A stretch of DNA of 64,000 bases from a bacterium (lineage in GTDB: Bacteria; Patescibacteriota; Gracilibacteria; JAHISY01), in NCBI GenBank assembly GCA_021779375.1, contig JAJYAT010000004.1, positions 34,884 to 98,883 on the forward strand, in the 5' to 3' direction. The position numbers and the translations under genes were made by a program. The notes under the pieces were generated by a model that saw only the letters and a program-made list of their open reading frames with translations, was not told the origin of the DNA and did not search any database. Shown one piece after another: positions 37,540 through 45,543 of the stretch; position 1 is the stretch's first letter, and each line of letters opens with the position of its first letter.

Positions 37540-37568
37540 GTAGAGACGAGGCATGCCCACGTCTCTAC
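37540..37568. repeat. GTAG-type REP palindrome
   Basis: GTAGAGACG-AGGCATGCCCA-CGTCTCTAC. Confidence 0.75.
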
Positions 37569-37589
37569 TTTTTTAATTCTCGTTTTTTT

Positions 37590-37614
37590 GGATTCCCGCT
37601 TTCTCAGGAAAGAC
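37590..37614. repeat. Degenerate dRS3-like palindrome
   Basis: GGATTCCCGCTTTCTCAGGAAAGAC versus GGATCCCCGCTTTCGCGGGGATGAC at 47422. Confidence 0.55.
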
Positions 37615-37639
37615 AAAAGGTTTTTGTTAAAATCCAGAC

Positions 37640-38296
37640 GTGCTGCGCTTCGATGTTATCTCGCTGTTTCCCGAAAGTTTCGAATCGACTTTGAATTCGA
37701 GCATTCTGGCGCGTGCGATTAAATTAAAAAAAATTGACGTGCGTTTGCACCAGCTGCGTGACTTCGCGAAAAATAAATGGCGTAAAGTTGATGACCGACC
37801 CTTCGGTGGCGGCGCGGGTATGGTGATGGCGTGTCAGCCGCTCTTCGACGCGGTCAAAAAAATCCGCGGACGCTCAATCAAAAAAATTCCAATAATTTAC
37901 TTCACACCGCGCGGTCAAAAATTCGACCAGCCGATGGCGGAAAAATTCTCTGAAAAATTCGACCGCATGATTCTCGTTTGCGGGCATTATGAAGGCGTCG
38001 ATCAGCGCTTCATCGATGCGCTCGTCGATTTCGAAATTTCGCTCGGTGATTTCGTCCTGACGGGCGGTGAGCTACCGGCACTCGTTTTCATCGACGCGGT
38101 TGCGCGGCTCATTCCCGGAGTCGTCGGTAAAAATGAAAGCACTGCGGAAGAAAGTTTCTCGAAGAGGCTCGATCGTAAAAAAGAATATCCGCACTTCACG
38201 CGACCAGAAAATTTTCGCGGCATGAAAGTTCCGGAGATTTTACTCACGGGCGATCACGGCAAAATCGAAAACTGGCGGCGTAAAAATTTGCAATGA
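37640..38296 (+). CDS. trmD: tRNA (guanine37-N1)-methyltransferase
   Basis: VDDRPFGGGAGMV, CGHYEGVDQR, SLGDFVLTGGE, EYPHFTRP, VPEILL.G.H. Confidence 0.97.
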   Translation: MLRFDVISLFPESFESTLNSSILARAIKLKKIDVRLHQLRDFAKNKWRKVDDRPFGGGAGMVMACQPLFDAVKKIRGRSIKKIPIIYFTPRGQKFDQPMAEKFSEKFDRMILVCGHYEGVDQRFIDALVDFEISLGDFVLTGGELPALVFIDAVARLIPGVVGKNESTAEESFSKRLDRKKEYPHFTRPENFRGMKVPEILLTGDHGKIENWRRKNLQ

Positions 38297-38565
38297 AAAC
38301 ACTGAATGAACTTTTTGCCGAATTTGAAAAAACCGGGCGGCTGACGCTGCGGATTAAAGTTATTCCGAAGTCAGTCGAGAACGCCATCGTCGGATTTCTC
38401 GATGAGGAGACGCTCAAGATTCGCGTCGCGGCGACACCGGAAAAAGGTAAAGCGAACGCCGAGCTGAAAAAATTTCTCGCTGGCGAGTTCGGCGTTCCGC
38501 GGGAAAATGTGACGATTCTCTCTGGCGCGGCTGATTCGCTCAAATTGATTCGTCTCGAGAAATGA
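38293..38565 (+). CDS. DUF167 (YggU/UPF0235) protein
   Basis: KV.P.S..N, LKIRVAA.PEKGKAN.EL..FLA..FGV, I.SG..S..K. Confidence 0.88.
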   Translation: MKTLNELFAEFEKTGRLTLRIKVIPKSVENAIVGFLDEETLKIRVAATPEKGKANAELKKFLAGEFGVPRENVTILSGAADSLKLIRLEK

Positions 38566-39389
38566 AGTTCACCGACTCGCTCGAGCTCGAAAAATTTTTG
38601 CGCCAAAATAATTTGCGCGCCGACCACGCGCTTGGTCAGAATTTTCTTGTGGATGCCACAGTGCTCGACAAAATTTTGGCAGCGGGCGAATTGCAAAAAT
38701 CCGATGTGGTCGTCGAGGTCGGAGCTGGACTGGGAATTTTGACGCGTGCGCTCGCGCAGAAAGTTCAAAAAGTCGTGGCGCTCGAATTCGATAATAAAAT
38801 TTTTCCGACGCTGCAAAAAAATCTTGCCGACCTGGGAAATGTTGAGCTCCAAAATATCGACGTCCGTCATTTCACTCCACCGCATCAGAATTTCAAACTC
38901 ATCGCGAATATTCCTTATTATCTGACTTCGCCGATTCTCCGTAAATTTTTTCTCGAAAATCAGCCGCCGCAGATCGCGGTGCTGCTCGTCCAAAAAGAAG
39001 TTGCGCAAAAAATTTGCGAGGCAAAAAAGCTGTCACTACTGGCACTCGAAGTCCGCATTTTCGGTGAGTCGGAAATTGTCGCGCTGGTCCCGCCGCAGAG
39101 TTTTCTGCCACCGCCGAAAGTCGATTCGGCGATTCTGAAAATCACGCTCAAACAAAGTCCGGAAATTCCGCGCGCTGACCTTGTAGATTTTTTTGAAATT
39201 GTGCGCGCCGGATTTCGCGCCCCGCGCAAAAAAATTCGCGGTAGTTTCGCGGCTGGATTCACCGGAAAAAAAGCCGTTGCCGAAAAGATTATCGCGCAGG
39301 CGGGTATTGATCTAGATTTGCGTCCCGAAGATCTCCAAATTTCTGACTGGCAAAAAATCCTTGTCGCCAGCCGTAAGCTTAGAGATTGA
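38562..39389 (+). CDS. rsmA: 16S rRNA m6,2A dimethyltransferase KsgA
   Basis: LGQNFL, VEVGAGLG.LT, ANIPYYLTSP, QKEVA, F.PPPKVDSA. Confidence 0.96.
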   Translation: MKFTDSLELEKFLRQNNLRADHALGQNFLVDATVLDKILAAGELQKSDVVVEVGAGLGILTRALAQKVQKVVALEFDNKIFPTLQKNLADLGNVELQNIDVRHFTPPHQNFKLIANIPYYLTSPILRKFFLENQPPQIAVLLVQKEVAQKICEAKKLSLLALEVRIFGESEIVALVPPQSFLPPPKVDSAILKITLKQSPEIPRADLVDFFEIVRAGFRAPRKKIRGSFAAGFTGKKAVAEKIIAQAGIDLDLRPEDLQISDWQKILVASRKLRD

Positions 39390-39391
39390 GC

Positions 39392-39661
39392 TTATTTTTT
39401 CGCGCGCATTTTTTTCTCGATTTGTTTTTCGACGAGCTCGGTGATGACGCGTGCTTTAGAAAAGAGGAAAGTCAAAAATTTCGTCGGCTGAATCAAGACA
39501 TCGTTCGCACGCCGCGCTGTTTTTTTCAGTGTCTGCGTCAATTCACCGAGGTCGCGCAAAATAAAAATCGCGTAAAAGAGTGCAATCGACAGGAAAAGCG
39601 CGACGAGTCCGATTGAGGCGGCGAGGACGACATTTAAAATGTCGGAAGAAGTGGCAAACAT
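39392..39661 (-). CDS. Small single-TM hypothetical protein (DUF948-like architecture)
   Basis: N-terminal TM followed by a coiled tail; TAAATT 8 nt before ATG 39661. Confidence 0.65.
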   Translation of the reverse strand: MFATSSDILNVVLAASIGLVALFLSIALFYAIFILRDLGELTQTLKKTARRANDVLIQPTKFLTFLFSKARVITELVEKQIEKKMRAKK

Positions 39662-39700
39662 CGAACACAAATTTAGCTCAAAAAATTTACCTACGCAAAT

Positions 39701-41131
39701 TTACTTGCCGATTTTTTTCAAAATAATTTCATTTACTTTGGCTGGATTGGCTTGGCCTTTCGAGAGTTTCATCACTGTGCCGACGAGCGCGCCGAGCGCG
39801 CGGTCTTTGCCATTGCGAAAATCCTCAATCGCGGCTGGATTGGCGGCGATGGACTGCTCGACCAATTTCTCGAGCTCACCGGAATCCGAAATTTGCTCGA
39901 GACCTTTTTCTTTCAGAATCTCGTCAACTAATTTTCCGCTCGCCCACATTTCCGGGAAGACTTCTTTACCGATTTTGCCGCTGATTTCACCACTCACAAT
40001 TTTTTTCACGAGTGCGCCTAAGTTTTTGGCTGTGATTTTTTGTTCCTCAATTTTCAAACTGGCTTCTTTCATCTTGGCGAGCAGCTCGCTCAGGATCCAG
40101 GCGGCCGATTTTTTTGCGTCGCCGGAAATTTTCACGACCGTCTCGAAGTAGTCCGCCAAATTTTTCGATTCGGTCAGATTCAGCGCGTCGTCCTCGGTGA
40201 TGCCGAATTCTGCGACAAATCTTTCTCGGCGCGCGAGTGGCAACTCAGGCAGTTCGGCGCGCAATTTTTCGACAAAATCTTTTTTCAAAACAAGCGGTGG
40301 AATGTCGGGCTCAGGAAAATAGCGGTAATCCGCGGCTGACTCTTTCGCGCGCATCAAAAATGTTTCGCCCAAATCATCGTCCCAGCCGACGGTCGAATCA
40401 CCGGTCGGCGGTGTGCCTGCCGCCCATAATTTTTTCTGCCGTCCGATTTCGAAATCAATCGCGGATTCAAGTGCTTTGAAAGAATTCAAATTTTTAATCT
40501 CCGCGCGCGGATTCAATTTCTCTGTCCCGACTTCGCGTAGGCTGACGGACGCGTCGAAGCGCATCTCGCCCTTGAAAAGATCGGCGCCAGAGCTGCCGAC
40601 GAATTGCAGAATTTTTTGAATCTCTTCCGCGTAAATTTTCGCCTCGGCGGCGCTGCGCAAATCCGGCTCACTGACGATTTCCATCAGCGGCGTGCCGGCG
40701 CGATTGTAATCACAAAGGCTGAAATTGCCGACGTGCGTGAGTTTGCCCGCGTCATTTTCGAGATGCAGGCGCGTGATGCCGATTACTTTTTCCGCGCCAT
40801 CTAGGCGAATCGTGACTTTGCCCTGGACCGAAATCGGCTCGTCGAATTGGGAAATCTGATAACCGTAAGGCAGATCCGGATAAAAATAATTTTTGCGGTC
40901 GAATTTCGATTTCGCCGGAATCGTGCAGTCGAGAGCGAGCGCAGCTTTCACACCAAGCTCAAGCGCTTTTTTATTCGGTGCGGGTAATGTCCCAGGATGG
41001 CCGCAACAAATCGGACAAACTTTCGAATTGGGCGCTGCACCAAAAGCATCGTTGTCGCAGCTGCAAAACATCTTCGTTTTCGTCGCGATCTGCGCGTGAA
41101 TTTCGAGACCGATAATTGCTTCAAGTTGCAC
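39701..41131 (-). CDS. gatB: Asp/Glu-tRNA amidotransferase subunit B
   Basis: IGLEIHAQ, FDRKNYFYPDLP.GYQISQ, NRAGTPLMEIVSEP, DYRYFPEPD. Confidence 0.97.
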   Translation of the reverse strand: MQLEAIIGLEIHAQIATKTKMFCSCDNDAFGAAPNSKVCPICCGHPGTLPAPNKKALELGVKAALALDCTIPAKSKFDRKNYFYPDLPYGYQISQFDEPISVQGKVTIRLDGAEKVIGITRLHLENDAGKLTHVGNFSLCDYNRAGTPLMEIVSEPDLRSAAEAKIYAEEIQKILQFVGSSGADLFKGEMRFDASVSLREVGTEKLNPRAEIKNLNSFKALESAIDFEIGRQKKLWAAGTPPTGDSTVGWDDDLGETFLMRAKESAADYRYFPEPDIPPLVLKKDFVEKLRAELPELPLARRERFVAEFGITEDDALNLTESKNLADYFETVVKISGDAKKSAAWILSELLAKMKEASLKIEEQKITAKNLGALVKKIVSGEISGKIGKEVFPEMWASGKLVDEILKEKGLEQISDSGELEKLVEQSIAANPAAIEDFRNGKDRALGALVGTVMKLSKGQANPAKVNEIILKKIGK

Positions 41132-41143
41132 CGGGGCATTTTA

Positions 41144-42004
41144 TCAAACCGCTGCTTTTTTGCAGAATTCGATAATTTTTCCCGGAATGTCGACATCGCC
41201 CGCTGCCTCCATCAGACCGTGGAATTCGACACCGGAATTTACTTCGACGACTTGCAGCCCGGATTTCGTCTCGACGAGATCGACACCGAGCAGCGCTGGT
41301 TTGTCTGCGACGGCTGCCGCGGCGGATTTCACCAGCTTCTCGAAATCGGCAGTAACCGCGAAGCGCTCGACGGCTGCGCCGCGCGCGGTATTCGTAATCC
41401 AGTGCTCGGATTTGCGGCGCATCGCTGCGACGATTTCATCACCAATCACGACCGCACGAATATCGCTGCCATTTTTTTTCTCGATGAATTCCTGAATGTA
41501 AAAAATCTGCGAGTGCGTGATTCCGCCCAAAACGGTTTTGTGTTCAAGGACGGTTTCCGCCGCATCGCGGTCGTTGATTTTACTCAGCATGCGACCCCAG
41601 CTGCCGACGACCGGCTTCAGTACGACAGGATAACCCCAGGCTTCAATCGTTGCGAGCGCTTGCTCCTCGTCGAAGCAAACTTTCGTGCGTGGAGTCGGTA
41701 CGCCGTTTCGCGCGAGCTCGATCGAGGTCAAAAATTTATCGCCGCAAATCTCAATCGTCCGGAAATCATTGACGACTTTCACGCCGCGTGCGCCCAAAAA
41801 TTTCGCAATGTAAAAATTCTTAGTGTGCGAGACGCTGCGAAGCAGCACGACATCGCAGTCCAGAATTGGCAGATTTTCGTGGAGGTCGAGTGCGACTTCG
41901 TTGTCACGAATTTTCACCAGCTCAATCTCCGGATCATTTTCCGCCGCAGCAAAAAGGGCTTTTTCTTCGATGCGCGGATGGGAGTAAAAAATTCCTAGTT
42001 TCAT
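41144..42004 (-). CDS. lysX: LysX/ArgX-type ATP-grasp ligase (RimK family)
   Basis: R.EEK.L, ICGDK, KPVVGSWGR, EHK.VLG, YIQEF, HWITNTARG, EVN..VEF.G. Confidence 0.8.
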   Translation of the reverse strand: MKLGIFYSHPRIEEKALFAAAENDPEIELVKIRDNEVALDLHENLPILDCDVVLLRSVSHTKNFYIAKFLGARGVKVVNDFRTIEICGDKFLTSIELARNGVPTPRTKVCFDEEQALATIEAWGYPVVLKPVVGSWGRMLSKINDRDAAETVLEHKTVLGGITHSQIFYIQEFIEKKNGSDIRAVVIGDEIVAAMRRKSEHWITNTARGAAVERFAVTADFEKLVKSAAAAVADKPALLGVDLVETKSGLQVVEVNSGVEFHGLMEAAGDVDIPGKIIEFCKKAAV

Positions 42005-42020
42005 ATCATAGAGCGTAAAA

Positions 42021-42166
42021 CATGGAGCATGAAACAGCTAAAAACTGTGAATGAATTTTACAATGAAAACCAAATATTTCAAGCCCCCTGTTCCCTAATT
42101 TCGAAACTACTTTGGGATTGAGCTACGCCAAATTTAGCTTCATGTTCCAAGTTCCATGTTCCATGA
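42021..42166. repeat. Inverted remnants of CATGGAA-type heptamer repeats
   Basis: catggagcatgaaacagc at 42021 and gcttcatgttccaagttccatgttccatga at about 42137. Confidence 0.55.
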
Positions 42167-42167
42167 C

Positions 42168-43121
42168 CTACGCAAAGCTGACGATAAATTTTTCCAGCGC
42201 GAGTGCGAATTCACCCGGGTTTGTCGACGAATAATTCAGCCGCCCGGTTTTCATCGCGACATCGATGGCGAGTAATTTCGCATGCGCTGTCAGCAGCTCC
42301 GCTTCCGAAAAATTGCGCGCCTGCTGCAAAGAATTTTGTACGACGAAAGGATGTAGTTTTAATTCGCGGGCAATCTCGGCGGGCGGGAGATTGCGTGCGG
42401 CAAGCGCATTCAAATTCAGCAAAATTCGAAATTGGCGCACGACCATAAAAAAAATTTGCACCAAGTTTTCGCCGCGGTCGACGATGTCGTGGAGGTCGGC
42501 GAGCGCGCTCTCGATGCGGCGCGCGCCAATCGCGTCAGTCAAATTAAAAACCGAAACGTGCAGATTGGGATGCGTGAGCGCGCGTACGTCGGCGCGCGAA
42601 ATTTTCCCAGCACCCGAGAAGGTTTTGAGTTTCGCGAGCTCGTTCACTGCTGCGGCGCAATCGCCGAGGGTGAAAGTCGCGAGCAATTCCACCGCTGCCG
42701 GCTCAATCGCCAAACCGGCACGCGCGATTTCTGCCGCGAGCCACTTCTTGAATTCTGCCGGTTTCGGCGGCGCGAATTCTTTCACTGTGCCGTTATCGCG
42801 GAAAGCTTTGAAAAGTTTTGTGCGCGCGTCCGCTGCTTTCGCTGTCACGATGAGCGTCGTATATTCCGGTACGTTCACGACGAAATTTGCGAGTCGCTCA
42901 GAAGATTTTTTGAAATCGAAATCGCGGACGATGACGAGCCGCGCATTACCCAAAAATGGCGGCGTCTCAGCTGCGGCGATGATTTTGCCTTCGTCGCTTT
43001 CGCGTGCTTCCAAAATGGCGAGATTGAGATCGCCCTGTTGCTGCTTGAATTCTGCGACAAGCCGCTGAACTTCTTTCTGAATCAGAAAATTATGTTCGCC
43101 AAAAAAAAGTAGCGCGGGCAT
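42168..43121 (-). CDS. holA: DNA polymerase III delta subunit
   Basis: LFFGE..F, T.PFLG..RLV.V, NEL.KL, VF.L.DAI, QFR.L, LKLHPFV, L..ID..MKTG. Confidence 0.9.
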   Translation of the reverse strand: MPALLFFGEHNFLIQKEVQRLVAEFKQQQGDLNLAILEARESDEGKIIAAAETPPFLGNARLVIVRDFDFKKSSERLANFVVNVPEYTTLIVTAKAADARTKLFKAFRDNGTVKEFAPPKPAEFKKWLAAEIARAGLAIEPAAVELLATFTLGDCAAAVNELAKLKTFSGAGKISRADVRALTHPNLHVSVFNLTDAIGARRIESALADLHDIVDRGENLVQIFFMVVRQFRILLNLNALAARNLPPAEIARELKLHPFVVQNSLQQARNFSEAELLTAHAKLLAIDVAMKTGRLNYSSTNPGEFALALEKFIVSFA

Positions 43122-43122
43122 T

Positions 43123-45486
43123 TTAAATTTTGGAAAATTTAGATTTGGGTTTGCGGATGTGTCCGCCTTTCAGCAGTTGAATAAAAATTTTCGCGAGCTC
43201 TGGATCGAATTGTTTACCGCTGCCAATCTCGAGTTCGCGAATGGCTTCGAGGCGATTCATTTTGCGACCGTAGCTGCGGCGGGTAATCATCGCGTCGTAA
43301 GCGTCGGCGATGGCGACGATGCGCGCTTCGAGCAGAATTTTTTTGCCGACGATACGGTCAGGGTAGCCCGAGCCGTCCCAGCGTTCGTGGTGCTCACGGA
43401 TGGCTGCTGCCGCGGCTTCCAAAAATTTGGCCGACGAGACAATTTTCGCGCCGATACTTGGATGGTTTTCCAGCTCGCGCGTTTCGCTTTCGCTGAGTGC
43501 GGTGCGTTTTTGTAAAACTGACTGATCGACGGCAACTTTGCCGACATCGTGCAGCAGTCCGGCGTAGCGCAGATTGGTGAGCGTTTTCTTCTTCAGACCG
43601 AGCGCGCGTCCGAGCTTCACCGCATAGCCTGCGACGCGGACAGAGTGACCGCGTGTGTAAATGTCTTTTTCTTCGATGCTTGTGACGAGCGCAGAAATCA
43701 ATTCGAAATGTGCTCGCTGTTCTTTTTCGCGCAGCTCTTGGTTATCGCGGACTTTTTCTTCGAGCGAGTTGGAATATTTTTTTAGCTGAGTCGTCGCTGC
43801 GTTCACTTCTTTTTTTAGTTTGCGGTTGAAGCTTTCGATCTCCGCGCCCGCGCGAGCTTTAGCTACACCATTTTCGATTTGATCGCCGAGTGTGAGAAAA
43901 AAATCAAAATCACTTTTGCGGAATTTTTGTTGCTGGTCGTGTTCTGCGAAAATCATTCCCAAAATGTGTTTTCTGCCGATGAGCGGAATCAGGAGCGCGT
44001 TTCCGATTTTGAATTTTTGCAGCTCAGCGAACATTTTTTTCTGCGTATCAACCATGATGACTCGCCGCGCGCGTCCGATTTGTTCGATTTGATGCGGCAA
44101 ATTGAGAGCCCTGGTTAGGTCGAGGATTTTGGCAGCCAATTCCTTTTCGAATTTTTGGGAATGCGCCACAATTTTTAATTCATGATTTCCATTGCGTGCG
44201 AAAATCAAGACGCGCCTGAAAGCGAGTTCACTTCGGAAAATGGAAACGATTTTGTGAAAAATTTGCTGTTCATTTTTCGCTGTGCGCAGAATCTCCGAAA
44301 TTTTATTAATCGCAGCGAGCTGACGAATGTAGTCGAGCGCGAAAGTGCCCTGCTCCTCAATTTTTTGTAAATTTAATTTGCGTTCTGCGAATGAGTGAAT
44401 TTGCTCATTTTTTTCGCCTGCGCAGACGAAGCGATTACGTCCGGTGTGTTTCGCATGATAGAGAGCGTCATCGGCGAGACGCATCAAATCTGTGAGCGAA
44501 GCAACTTCGGGGTGCGGCAAGCTGATGCAGCCGATGCTAGCGGTGTGTCCGGTTGTTTTTTTAATTTTGCGCAGAATTCTTTGCAGGGCTTGATCGCGCT
44601 TGGCCTTGCTAAGGTTGCGAATCAAAAACGCAAATTCGTCGCCAGCGAAGCGCGCAGCGAATTCGATATCCTGATCTTTTTTTAAAATTGCGCCGAGCCT
44701 GGTGAGTAGCTGATCTCCGGCGGTGTGACCGCGGGTGTCGTTGACGTGTTTCAAAAAATCGATGTCGAGCATTGCGTAAATAAAAGATTTATTTTTGCGG
44801 TGCAAACGTTCGCTTAAAACTTTTTGCAGAAAGCGGCGATTGGGCAGGCCGGTCAGCTGATCGTAGTGCGCTAGCTTTTCCAAAATTTCGTTTTTCGTTT
44901 TTAACTTTTTCGTCGCTTCATCAATTTTGTTTTTCAGTTCGCGATTTACAGCCTTGATTTTTTCATCGGTAATCACGCGGCTCAAAACCAGCGCGATGTG
45001 ATTCACAAACGGCATGATTTTGGTTTCGCTGTCTCTCAAATCAATCTTGCGTCCAGAAAATAAATTATCGACCGAGACTACGCCCAAAAGTTTTTTGCCG
45101 GCTAGCATCGGGAAACCGACGGTATAGCTTGAATTGAAGTCACCAAAAAACTTTTTCAAAAGCGGCATCGTCGTGTTGCGATAGGGCTTTTTTTCCTTTA
45201 AGTAGGAAACATAATCACTGGGCAAAACTTTGCCGTCGAGCGAGGTCTGGGCTTTTTGAAATTCGGTGTCCGGTAAGTAGCTCGCCTTCGCGCCGTAATA
45301 AATTTTGCGATCTTCATCGATGAGCCAAACTCGCACGCGGTCGAAACCAAGTTTGCGAAAAATTCGAATCGTGAAATCAATCACGTCCTTTTTACTGCGT
45401 GCTGCGCGGAGTGTTTCGCCCGTAATTTTGAGGTCGTGCAAAACAGACTTGGCTTCGTCGGCATTTGTATCGCGAGAGTCTTTCAC
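43123..45486 (-). CDS. GAF-GGDEF-GAF-HD-GYP c-di-GMP signalling protein
   Basis: DQLTGLPNRR, DIDFLK.VND..GH..GD, RFAGDEF, ADDALY.AK..GRN; YTRGHS.RV, LHDVGK, HHERWDGSGYP, GKQFDP. Confidence 0.9.
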   Translation of the reverse strand: MKDSRDTNADEAKSVLHDLKITGETLRAARSKKDVIDFTIRIFRKLGFDRVRVWLIDEDRKIYYGAKASYLPDTEFQKAQTSLDGKVLPSDYVSYLKEKKPYRNTTMPLLKKFFGDFNSSYTVGFPMLAGKKLLGVVSVDNLFSGRKIDLRDSETKIMPFVNHIALVLSRVITDEKIKAVNRELKNKIDEATKKLKTKNEILEKLAHYDQLTGLPNRRFLQKVLSERLHRKNKSFIYAMLDIDFLKHVNDTRGHTAGDQLLTRLGAILKKDQDIEFAARFAGDEFAFLIRNLSKAKRDQALQRILRKIKKTTGHTASIGCISLPHPEVASLTDLMRLADDALYHAKHTGRNRFVCAGEKNEQIHSFAERKLNLQKIEEQGTFALDYIRQLAAINKISEILRTAKNEQQIFHKIVSIFRSELAFRRVLIFARNGNHELKIVAHSQKFEKELAAKILDLTRALNLPHQIEQIGRARRVIMVDTQKKMFAELQKFKIGNALLIPLIGRKHILGMIFAEHDQQQKFRKSDFDFFLTLGDQIENGVAKARAGAEIESFNRKLKKEVNAATTQLKKYSNSLEEKVRDNQELREKEQRAHFELISALVTSIEEKDIYTRGHSVRVAGYAVKLGRALGLKKKTLTNLRYAGLLHDVGKVAVDQSVLQKRTALSESETRELENHPSIGAKIVSSAKFLEAAAAAIREHHERWDGSGYPDRIVGKKILLEARIVAIADAYDAMITRRSYGRKMNRLEAIRELEIGSGKQFDPELAKIFIQLLKGGHIRKPKSKFSKI

Positions 45487-45543
45487 CGCTTGATTTTATG
45501 GTTTCCAGCTGCCGACTTCAACAAACTCCGCTAAAATCCTCGC

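Noticed and set aside
40997-41998. 333-aa plus-strand ORF, and similar long antisense ORFs at 13445, 28150, 35721 and 42265
   Set aside because: They lie antisense to well-supported genes and carry no recognisable motifs.
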